Part shown: in pieces, positions 30,766 to 41,530 of the stretch
Position numbering within the stretch: the first letter of the stretch is position 1
Layout of the letters: every line of letters starts with the position of its first letter
NCBI GenBank assembly: GCA_012295275.1
Contig: CM022672.1
Location: forward strand, 29,078,001 to 29,142,000
DNA length: 64,000 nt
Source of the DNA: Chrysomallon squamiferum
Taxonomy: Eukaryota > Animalia > Mollusca
Direction: 5' to 3'
Notes under the pieces: model-generated
What the model was told of the DNA's origin: nothing
Databases searched by the model: none
What the model saw: only the letters and a program-made list of their open reading frames with translations
Translations under genes and position numbers: made by a program

Positions 30766-31201
30766 TTATTATTATTGTTATTGTTGTTGTTGTTGTTGTT
30801 GTTGTTACCATCACAACAACACCACTACCAGCTATACTCCTAGACATAGTATGAGCACTTTCTCTAGCCTAGAAAAACAAATACTGTGGCCTTTGATAAA
30901 AATAGTCACTAAGTCACTAAGTATTAGCTGTATCGGAATGTCTGCATTAAGAATCTAATTTTAACATTATGAATTTAAAATAAATGAAAAATAACAAGAC
31001 ATAAAAATTTGTAAATAAATATTTTAATAAAATAATACATTACTTTTGTATTGTGTACTATAATTCATGTAATATATATAATATACAGTATTCAATATAT
31101 AATTTAATAATATACAGAATATACAAAAAAATAAATTATGGTCAGTTAATAAATAAATAAATATGAAGAGAAAGTGAAAATCGGCTAAGATAAATATTTT
31201 A

Positions 31202-31348
31202 TCATTGGCCATCGTCGTGTATGACAACGTCTGTGATTGGCTGATATTCTGTTGCTAGCCTCGATTTCAACTCCAGGGCTAATAACAAAGGGTCTGTTTG
31301 ATTAGGTGCTGGTCCGACTCCACGTTCTTCAAAAGCTCTATTCATTAC
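31202..31348 (-). CDS. putative precursor terminal coding exon (VMNRAFEERG...VVIHDDGQ*)
   Basis: Acceptor ttttattatcag, then 48 codons and TGA in phase 0. Relatively GC-rich island in AT-rich flanks. Confidence 0.7.
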   Translation of the reverse strand, partial: VMNRAFEERGVGPAPNQTDPLLLALELKSRLATEYQPITDVVIHDDGQ

Positions 31349-31807
31349 CTGATAATAAAATATAAATATTTAATATATTAACAAATGAAATGAAATTATT
31401 AAAAACAAAAAGAAATAAATAAAAAGAAAGAAGAAGTAAAAAGACTACAAATAAAAACAATAACAATAAATAAATAAAGTAAAAAATAAGTGAAAATACA
31501 ATAAAATAATAATAATAATAATTTGTAGTCAAAATAGTAGTAGTAGTAACAGAAAGTGCAGTAGTAATAGTAACTGAAAAAACCCACTAGCAATAGTATT
31601 AGAATATTAGTGGCCGATATAACAGTTACTAATAGCAGTAATAGAAGATGCAATCGTTGTAGTAGTAACAGCTGAATACAAGTTTAGTAGTTGTTGTAGA
31701 TATGGTTGTAGTAGTAGTTCTTATTGTTACTGTAGAAGTGCTAGAAGTAGTAATTCAAGTTCAGTTGTAATTTCATTTAAGTAGTAGTAATGGTAATAGA
31801 AGTAGTT

Positions 31808-31844
<37 letters not shown>

Positions 31845-32757
31845 CTGCAGGAAGCAGTGGCGATAACTATTCCTCAAACAAACGGTCATCAACTCAGAGA
31901 AACAGATTCACAGCGTCTTGTGATCAGTCTGCAACTGTGACAGCGTAAAACTGACTGATCAAACGTCAGATATCTTAATGCGTGGCAAACTAATGGGTTT
32001 TTGATGACAGTGAAAGCTTTAAGGCACTAATTTAATGATGGTATCAGTCTCTCTGTAACCGTTTCTCGTTTTCTCTCTCTCACTATCGGAAAAAAAAAAA
32101 AAAAAAAAAAAGCATCTCTATCATTTCAGCTTGTTTAAATAATTTGAAAGTTACCCTTTACCAATCAAAGACAATTCGGATCAAAATTCAAGTCAAATGG
32201 AATAAAGGGCTCACACTGAAGTAGTGTGGGTTATCAAAGATTATAATTATGTGTTCACTGTTACGTCCAACTAATAAAAAAAACCTCCAAGCTAACGGAG
32301 TCGTAATTTTTGGCAACAGAGACTTTTGGTAAGCACATCCTCGTAATTTTTATACAGCTATTTAGTGTGGTCTTTTAGTCACAACCAACTCAGTTTAGTA
32401 TTACTGAATAGGTACAAAAACGTAGCTGAAATGATTTTGAAAAACAGTAATTAGACAGTGAAACAGACTCGTTGGGTATTTGTTAATTACGCTTAATAAC
32501 GTTAAATAACTTACACAAATATTTTTTGTTTCTTTATTTTTGTAAAAAAAATTTATGTTTATGATCAGCAATAGTAGCAGCAGTAGTATAAGTAGTATCG
32601 GTAGTGATGGTAGTAATAATTACACTAGTAGTAGTAATAACAGTTACAAATCGTTGTTATTGTAGTAATGCTGTTCGTGTAGTAGTTGCTGGGTTTGTTT
32701 TTTTTTTTTGTTTGTTTTTTTTAGCAATTCCAATAAATAAATAAATAAATAAATAAA

Positions 32758-32792
<35 letters not shown>

Positions 32793-32973
32793 ATAAAGTA
32801 ACAAATGAATACAATTAAATGACTAACTAAATCTTCTGTAGTGTAAAATATATATAATATGGGTCAGTGACAGGGTTCATCCAGAGTTAACATGAGACCC
32901 TGTCATCGAAACGTAAAGAAACTCGTGTACTTTAAAACCAAATAACAGTAACTCTGATCTAGACATATTTTAC

Positions 32974-33187
32974 CTCGATCTGGTTTCTGATACTTTCTGA
33001 GGCTTCCAGAAGTTCTCTCAAATATATCAGGTCATCGACAACTTTCTCCGCATCAGAAGTGACGCCTGCTAATTTCTCAAGTCTCGATTTTCTGTCGTCA
33101 CCGTGACGTGTCGTCTGCTTGTTGTTCTCGAAGTTCCCGCGACTCTCGTGACGAAGTGTCTGGGCAACTTGTTCAATACATGTCAGT
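32974..33187 (-). CDS. putative precursor exon (LTCIEQVAQ...RLEKLAGVTSDAEKVVDDLIYLRELLEASESIRNQIE)
   Basis: Acceptor tttacatttag, donor GAG|GTAAAA. 214 nt, phase 2 to 0. Amphipathic helical sequence; overlaps ORF 32959..33228. Confidence 0.72.
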
Positions 33188-33325
33188 CTAAATGTAAACA
33201 GTATAGAGTTGTAGAAAGGAAAATACATCGTTCATCGATTGCAGACAATGGCTGTTGTAAAATAATGTTATGAAAAATGTTTGATCAGTGTCACAATTCT
33301 TCTTCTCTATTATTATTATTATTAA

Positions 33326-33371
<46 letters not shown>

Positions 33372-33468
33372 TTTGTTTAAAAATGAAAAATAAAAATAAC
33401 AAAACAAATGCTAATACACAGAGAAAAAGAGTAAAAAGCGATAATAATATGACGAGGATGATAATGAC

Positions 33469-33614
33469 CTTATTTTCTCAGAACTAAGACATGATGAGAA
33501 GTATTTCTGGGTCTCAGTTCGTCCCATGCGATGACTTACGGGTGTTTCCAACAGTTCGGCATAATGATAGTCCCGCATCTGTGCAGGGTCTGTTCTTTCA
33601 TTGGCCTGATCCAT
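33469..33614 (-). CDS. putative precursor exon (MDQANERTDPAQMRDYHYAELLETPVSHRMGR...EKIR)
   Basis: Acceptor ttttttctccag. The frame-preserving donor AG|GTCATT is at 33467-33468 (phase 2). A competing donor CCC|GTAAGT lies at 33538-33539. Confidence 0.6.
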
Positions 33615-33639
33615 CTGGAGAAAAAACAAAATACATTTA

Positions 33640-33690
<51 letters not shown>

Positions 33691-35231
33691 GTAATAAACT
33701 GAATGCGTTTTGTTTTTGATGTACAAAATATTCATATAATTTTGTGTTCTAGATAACTGATTTCAAAATCTGCATGAAATAAGCCAAATAAGGTCGCTGT
33801 AGCTGAACTGTTGGCTATTTGATTGGTCATATGATGTGATGTTTTCTTTTCTATCTTTTTCTTTTTCTCTTCTTCTTTTTAAAATATTTTTATTTTAAAT
33901 TATTATTTTAAATAAATAAATAATTTATTAAAAAGTCACTGTATCAAAAGAAAATTATTCGTAGAAAGGTGCTTATAAAATAGTTCAGATGTCTGCATGG
34001 TCTGAATATGCGTTTGTAGGTCAGAATCTTAGAGGGCAGACGCATCCATTTTACGTTTTTTTTTTTATTGTGTTTTTTTAAATTACACACATACACAAGC
34101 GTCAGAAAATTAATAATAGTTTATTTAACACGTAGAAAAGGAACAAGAAAAAAGTCGCAGAAACGTTAATATATCTGGATATTCCTTACAATAAGATTTA
34201 ATTGGATCCAGTCTGTTCGTTGCCTCGTTATTTAAGGGCTAAGGGACAATTATCTATCAGTTAATGTAACAACCGTTGCCGAGAGGATAAAAGTAAATGA
34301 AAAAAGAAAAAGAAATCTGTGTTACTTACACTAATGGTTGTTATCGATAAAAATATTTCAGATGTGGTTTTGGAATTTGTCACTGAAGGCAACAAGACGA
34401 TTACGAGACTTTGTATAAATACGTTTTAAAATTTGTTGTTGTTGTTGTTGTTCTTACTGTTATTAGTGAAAGTAGTAGTGGCAGTTGCAGTAGTTGTAGT
34501 CCTAGTCGTAATAATATCAGTATTAGTAATAGTTATTGTTGCAATAATAGTAGTAGTTGTTGTTACACTTTGTGTGTCTGTTCTAATGGTGTAATAATAG
34601 TAGTAACAGCAGTTGTTGTAGTAAAAGTAGTAGTAATTTTCGTAAGTAAGTTTAATTACCATAATATTTTATTCTTGAAATTTATTTAATTTTGCATCGG
34701 TTTTCTTATCGCTACATATTATGTTAATTTTTTTGCTGTTATACTTTTGCTCGTAATGAGTATCCTATATTTCCTAAATACTTAAAACTGGTTTTAATAC
34801 AACGGTTCTAAATATAATTTATCTTTAAAAGAAAGAAAGTAGAAAGGAAGAAACTCAGTAGTGTTCACAACTTTCCTTTTCTTTCTGTTTTCTTTTCTTT
34901 TCTTTCCCCCTTGTGAAAAATATTAATTGAACTGCAAATTGGTAAAATAATTGTAATTCCCAGTAATGAACGTTAGACTGCAGCTTTCGTTAAAACTATG
35001 TCCTAACGTAATGTGCAGGTTAGTGAATAATAATAGAAAGATGACGTAACAGTATGACGTCACTACAATAGTTCAGGAATAATTGCCGGCATACTTATCG
35101 TACAAAATAACAAGTGAAGTGCTCAAGGTTAAGATTCTCAGATCGAAATCTGGAAGGTTCCAAAATGTCGGAGAAAAGGTATATTATTTCGCAGAGCTCG
35201 ATACATTTTGAAAAAGAAGACAAAGATTTAC

Positions 35232-35326
35232 CTCAATTGTTGCATTATTATTGTTTCTTCTGTTTGAATCTGGATTCCATTCAGCTGGGAAGTCATAAAC
35301 TGAAGTGTCTGGTTTTGTTGGTCTAA
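35232..35326 (-). CDS. putative precursor exon (FRPTKPDTSVYDFPAEWNPDSNRRNNNNATIE)
   Basis: Acceptor tttctttctttcag, donor GAG|GTAAAT. 95 nt, phase 1 to 0. Confidence 0.7.
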
Positions 35327-36638
35327 CTGAAAGAAAGAAAAAAATGGTTTTAATTATGTCATGTATCTTTTAACTTATTATTATTATTATTTTTTTTTTT
35401 TCGTCTTCTTCTTTTTCTTCTTATTCTTATTATTTTACGAGCATTAATTTAAAAGTAAGTATATGAATAAAGGCAATCTTTCGATTTACACACCATACTC
35501 AGTTATATTTCAAAGTTTCAAGAAAAACGGACAACGGAATTGACTTTTGTTAGTGGGCAAAATTATACCAAAAAGTGAGTTTTGTTGTCTTATTTAGCAA
35601 TATATGATGATGATGATGATGATGATGATAACAATGGTAAGAAAAATAAGAAAAATAGAGGAAAAAGAATTAAAGATGATAAAAAAATAAAAAAGACCTA
35701 TAAAATTCTAAATATCAAGTTGTTTGCTAATACAGGGTTCAATGCATTGTAATAGATATATTTACGTAATTTATTATTGCATTGTCAGAAACTTTATATT
35801 TACTCCGCATTTAGCATCTGATAATTAAAAATTTGCCACTCTGCTAGGCGACACTCCGTTTATTGTTTTTCGCAGACGTCTGGACATTATGCTATGTAGG
35901 TCAATTAATATTTTCCGGAGTTCAGCGAAGCATTGTGAAAAAAAGATACCATGGGATTTCTTGTCGCCCCGCGTTTTATTGGTGAAGTACAAGCGATAAC
36001 TTTTTTCAGCGAACTTGAAATTGATTGAATGTATCATCAGATATATTAAATTGTTCTTTGTAATTCTTCATCATAAAAGTCTGCTGTCTGATAGAAATTT
36101 TGGCGCGTTTTGTAAAACAATAACTTTTGACGATAGTTCCCCAGACAGAAATATCTTCAAAAGATTTCGTAATGTAAAAGCAGAGCACGCTCTTGTTGTA
36201 GCAGCAGCAGTAGTAGTAGTAGTAGCAACAGCAATAGGAGCAGCAGCAACAGTAGTAGTAATAGTAGTGTAAAAGCAGATAAAGTAGTAGCAGCAGTAGT
36301 GACGATATAGCCCTGACAGTTTAAACGAAGTACTTTTATTTACAGCCAGTGGCCTATACATGTAATAAAAATCGGTGGTATGTGTTTCCCTGTCTGTTGA
36401 TAACTGCATATACATTAACCTTATGATGAGCGAGCGGAATAATCGCATGCAAAACAACAGAGTAACAATTACTATTAAAAAACCGTTAAGATTCAATTAA
36501 ATACATGTTCACTGATTCTTACGCCCGTGTGTTCACTTTTCACCCTTCACAAATGTGAGGAAATTAAAGTTTAGAACTGTTTTATACATTGGTTATTTAA
36601 ACTGCCTCAGCGCTTTGTTTCGAACGGAAATTACTTAC

Positions 36639-36783
36639 AAGCAGCAGCATTTGGGACGGGCAGGTCGCACTCTTTAATCATATTTTGACGTTTGTGCACG
36701 CAAGATCTCGTGTCGTCGTCGTGGATGGCGTTCATGCAAGCATACTTCGGTACCGTTATTTCCTGTTTGATGTTCGCTGTTCT
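36639..36783 (-). CDS. putative precursor exon (RTANIKQEITVPKYACMNAIHDDDTRSCVHKRQNMIKECDLPVPNAAA)
   Basis: Strong acceptor ttttctttccctcag, donor T|GTAAGT. 145 nt, open only in phase 0. Confidence 0.72.
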
Positions 36784-36995
36784 CTGAGGGAAAGAAAAAA
36801 CGAAAAATAAATGAATGAATTAGTTTGAAAAACGTTCATGCGTATTAGTAATAAACTGTGCTTTACAACTGTAGTAAATCCTTTCCCATCAATATCCCGC
36901 ACTCATAACATATTTTCATTCGTTGACAAAAAAAACCCACATAATAATAATAAAACAATAAAATTTAAAAATTTAAAAAATTAGACAAAAATTTA

Positions 36996-37047
<52 letters not shown>

Positions 37048-38885
37048 TACAGTAAAATAAAATAAAATAAAATAAAAATCGGTATCCCAATATAGCTGCC
37101 TCTTTTTAGATTAGAAGAATTCAGTTCCGTTATAACTTTTCTTCAGTACTGTCAAGCACAAACTGATAATCGTTGGTTCGAGCGAAATTGAATTTTATTG
37201 ACATTAACAACATTTCGCTCTGACTTTAGAGGAACGTATATAAAAACTGAAATAAATGTGACACGATGAGATAGGTAGATATTAGTGGTAGTTGTCGTAG
37301 CTGACGTTTTTTTAGTACTTGCAAATTCATTGGTAATAGTTCTAGTTGGGGTTGTTGTTTTAAAAGTAGCTGTAGTTTTTAGAACTGCTTTAGTACCAGT
37401 GGAAATAGCAGTAGGTAGCAGTGGTAGTAGCAAGAGTAGAGTAGTAGCAGCAATAGTAGTAGTAGTAGTTGTTGATGATTTGGTTATTTTAATAGCAGTA
37501 GCATTTGTAGTAGCTGTTGTTGTTATGGTTATGTTAATAGTAATACAGTAGTGGTAACTGAAGCAGAAATAACGACATTCGTTGTTTTAATAGTAGCTTG
37601 ATTATTACGACAAACAAAAAAAAAAAAAAAAAAAAAAAAAAAAGAAGAAGAAGAAGGAAACTATTATCTGTAGAGTCTTTTAAGGAACTTTAAGTACGCA
37701 CTTTTTTTGGCAGGTTTTCATTTCTGATAACGACCGCAGTGCAAATGTGGTTTTGTACTTTAAGACCAGAAAAATGGCAGAAAGGAATGCGTGGAACTTG
37801 AAGAAGAGAAGTATTCAGTATGTAAAGCTAATTAGATTGAAGATGAATTCCACAGTATAATTAAGTGCTCGCAGATCGAGATTCCCTTCTTTTAACAAGT
37901 TAGCTTCTTGAGTACGAGAGGTGATATTTTATCATTGTTGAAGAAAATTAACCTTAAATTTCTTCACAATTTTTATTGTTTCTGTTTTTGTTTTTTTGTT
38001 GTTATTTTTTTTTTAGAGCTCCAAATTCGTCTAATTTTATTCTTTGTGAAAAATGTAACTCTTTTTAATTTAATTTATTTATTTACGACTAAACGTTATA
38101 CTTAATATGACGAATAATATGTTATAAATTTTTGTTCATTTCCTAACGTAGTTCGTTATAATTACTCTAATAATGGATATTTTCTATTTATATGACACAT
38201 GCCTTTCATACTTAAAATAATATTTTATTCTAATAACAATTCCCAGTCTGTGTTAATCAACCAATTTAACTGGTACATTTATTGTATTAGTGCTGCTTAC
38301 TGCTAACTTAAATAAGTACTTTAGCTGCAGTGATTTAAGATTATTGTGTTTTTTAAATCTTCTAAGCCTAATTAACATCCCTGCCTGTCGATGTCGCGTT
38401 TCTTTGTTTACTGACGAGGCAGTTAGTGGCATTTCGATTAATTATTTAATTTTCACTTCGAATTAAATATTGTTACAGTTAATTCTTTTTAGACAGTTCT
38501 AGATTAGGATGACGTTGACGATGATCTTGATGGTGATGATAATGATGATGATGAAAAAACGACAATAGTAATACTACTAAATCAACAGATTCAACTTCAT
38601 TTCACATTATTACCACTACCAGGACAGCTACTACATTAAAGTATTACTAGCACGTCTACAAGATCTACTGCTCTTAGTATCAAGACAACAGTTGTTATAC
38701 TAATAAAAAACCTAATAGTAATAATAATAAAACAATAATAAATAAACAACATTAACTGCTACCACTACTACTGCTAATAATAAGAATGTAGTACTGATGA
38801 ACTAACAGAACGAGTTACAAAGGTATTTAAAAAATAAATAAACTAATGAATCAAGAAATAAACGAATAAAGAAAATAATAAATAT

Positions 38886-38956
<71 letters not shown>

Positions 38957-39015
38957 AAACAGGATAGATAGAAAGAAAAGAGAAGAAATGATGATGATAT
39001 TTAATGTTCGGTTAC

Positions 39016-39075
39016 CTTTCCTAAAAGAGCGGCATAATTTACCCTCGTCCCTCCCCGAGTTCGTTTCCGGTTAAT
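39016..39075 (-). CDS. putative precursor exon encoding the candidate amidated peptide (INRKR-TRGGTRVNYAALL-GK)
   Basis: Acceptor atttcag, donor AAG|GTAACC. 60 nt, phase 0-0. The next exon begins AGA, completing GKR. Confidence 0.72.
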
Positions 39076-39553
39076 CTGAAATTTATAAATTTAATATTTA
39101 AAATTAATGTGGACTACGTGGTCATTTTTTGTTAGTAATTATACTAGTTTTATTTTTAAAATTTTGTGTTATTCTTTTTGATGGTTTGCTTTTTCTTTCT
39201 TTTTTTTATTCTTTGTGTTTGATGTGTTTGTGAGTGCGTGCATATGGCGCGCATATGGCACAGAGAGAGAGAGAGTTTAGCACTGGTCCTTTCATGTACA
39301 TGAACTGAAAGTTTTAAGGAACTGACAGTGATGAAAAACAAAATGAAGATGAGAAAAAAACAAAAACACAATAAATAAGATATTGATAATGATGACAGTG
39401 ACAGAAAGACACTTACGTAGATAGATAGACAGACAGAAGACACAGAGAGAGAGAAGGTAGGTAGACTGATAGATAGGTATGCGTAAATAGCGGATGGATG
39501 GATATTCAAACAGGTGAACAGATAACCATACAAATAAATAAAAAAGAAAATAC

Positions 39554-39594
39554 CTTTCGACTTGCTGCTTCATTAGGTATCACATTTTCTTTAT
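39554..39594 (-). CDS. putative precursor exon (NKENVIPNEAASRK)
   Basis: Acceptor attttggcag, donor AAG|GTATTT. 41 nt, phase 1 to 0. Confidence 0.65.
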
Positions 39595-39601
39595 CTGCCA
39601 A

Positions 39602-39650
<49 letters not shown>

Positions 39651-39798
39651 GTTTCTAAAAGCATATTGTTATTCTATTATTTTGTTTATTATATTGAAAC
39701 AATAACTCTAATCAAATCATAAAAATCAGTAACATAGTTATAGGCATAAATAACAAATAAAATTATAAAAAGAAGGAAACGAAGAAAAAGAAACTTAC

Positions 39799-40006
39799 TT
39801 TTGGAATCTTGAAGAATTTTCTGAAATACATTTCGTAAATAAGAAATTCCGTCGCTAATTTTTTGATCTGGTGTGAAGGTCATTGTTGTAATCAGAATAT
39901 TTTCCGTTTTTATATGACATTCTAGTTTATCTACATTCATATTTTCTTGCATTTTGAATTGTTGTTTATCCAATTCCAAAACTGACTCTACGGTTATTTC
40001 ACTGAA
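39799..40006 (-). CDS. putative precursor exon (FSEITVESVLELDKQQF...FQKILQDSK)
   Basis: Acceptor ccttcaatag (alternative AGs nearby), donor A|GTAAGT. 208 nt, phase 0 to 1. Overlaps ORF 39689..39979. Confidence 0.65.
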
Positions 40007-40570
40007 CTATTGAAGGTTCATGCATGTATAACCAGGGCACTCAAGTCTTTGGCGTTTGTTATTTCGTAGGATCAACGTTGTTGCTTGCAACCAGTCTTGC
40101 TTAATGGATGGTTCTCTTCAAATTAATTATCTGTTTTATACCCAAAGGTATCTTCACAGATTTACACATAACAAACAAACAAACAAACAAACAAACACAA
40201 AAGACAACATCATCGTCATCGGCGATTAGTACACTAATTATCATGTTAATTAGGTCATCTGTTAAATCACTTTGAAAGACCCGATGTCGTTTTTTTTTTT
40301 CGTCGCGTCTTTGTGCCAAAAATGATTCTGAGGATTAATTCAGTCTTAATTAATGAATAAAATATATAGATTAGTTAATTCGAGAGTAATTTTCACTGCA
40401 TCTTTTACTAAACGATAGGAAAAATCACTTCATTAGTAAGTTTGTTTGTTTTAATTAAGGCAATACATAATTATGGAACGAATAACTGTTTTCATTCATT
40501 GATGTTATTTCAAATAAAAGATAATGAATAGATATAATTATTATTTTTACACATCAAACGAAAGATTTAC

Positions 40571-40620
40571 CAAGATGCGGCCAATTACAACGTCGTTATC
40601 ACTTTGAGTTTTATTAATCT
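40571..40620 (-). CDS. putative precursor exon (KINKTQSDNDVVIGRIL)
   Basis: Acceptor ttgttttcag, donor TTG|GTAAAT. 50 nt, phase 1 to 0, bridges the flanking exons in frame. Confidence 0.55.
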
Positions 40621-41443
40621 CTGAAAACAAACTCCTTTATAGCTTTTGATGTTATGATGAAGACAAAAACATTTGTGTATTGATTAAAAACAGACCCAAC
40701 AAAACACCAACAACATTTTGTTTTTAAAGATCATATTAATAATAACATTTATAAAAAATACAATAATTATTGTCCGTGAGACAGTTTTAGAAGTTTCAAA
40801 TATGCTTTAAAAGTAATACCTTTTATAAATAAATAAAATAAACAAATTTAAAAATAAAAACTATTTATTAAATATATTAATTTTGTGACGAGTGTCTATT
40901 TTTTGTTCTTTATCACTTGTGACGTCACATAGTGATTACGCTATTTATTACATTTGACCTTTAGGTGCTAGTGATGTGGTCTGCTTTAGCTGACGTAAAA
41001 AAAAAAATAATAATAATAAAAAATAATAATAATAAAATAAAAGGAAAACTATGTTATTAGAAAGTACTATATAATGTCGAATTGTTTTTTTTAACAACAT
41101 TGTATTTAGAGCTCTCTCTCTGAATACTTTATATGAATTTTTTGTCGAATTTACAGCGCAATAACTTAACTGTTTTTGAAATACGCATAGAGATGTTTTA
41201 ATGTGTTTCTTTAGTAGTGATAACAATACTCTTTTTTTCTTCTTCTTTTTTTTTCTTTTTTTTTTTCTTTTCTTTTTTTTTTTTTTTTTTTTTTTTTTGA
41301 GATTTTATTTCAGTTTAAAATTCTTATATCTATAGCTAACATTTATTTTCAAAATAGCTGCATGTTACATAAAACCCAGATAACATTTATCTGTCTCAAA
41401 GATGGCTTTCATCTGGCATCATCTGGTAAAACAACAGTCTTAC

Positions 41444-41530
41444 TCGTGGCAAACCAGTTCTGGTACAGAGATGACCTGGAGTTGCTCACTACATTCTTTT
41501 CGATTGGTATACCAGAACAGATTTCATCAG
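41444..41530 (-). CDS. putative prohormone/neuropeptide precursor, first resolved exon (xDEICSGIPIEKNVVSNSRSSLYQNWFAT)
   Basis: Acceptor ttttgatttcag, donor A|GTAAGA. 87 nt, open only in phase 1-1. The upstream start exon was not identified. Confidence 0.6.

Noticed and set aside
35825-36188. Two overlapping - strand ORFs inside the precursor gene
   Set aside because: No phase-compatible splice sites; the flanking exons already join in frame.
40007-40120. Upstream in-frame extension of exon 39799-40006 across a TAG (possible readthrough or pseudogene)
   Set aside because: The TAG is more simply the acceptor AG of a phase-0 intron.
40959-40989. 31-nt candidate - strand exon (LKQTTSLAPK) with good AG/GT ends
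   Set aside because: Phase 0 to 1 does not fit between the phase-1 neighbours and gives a stop in the required frame; left out pending RNA data.
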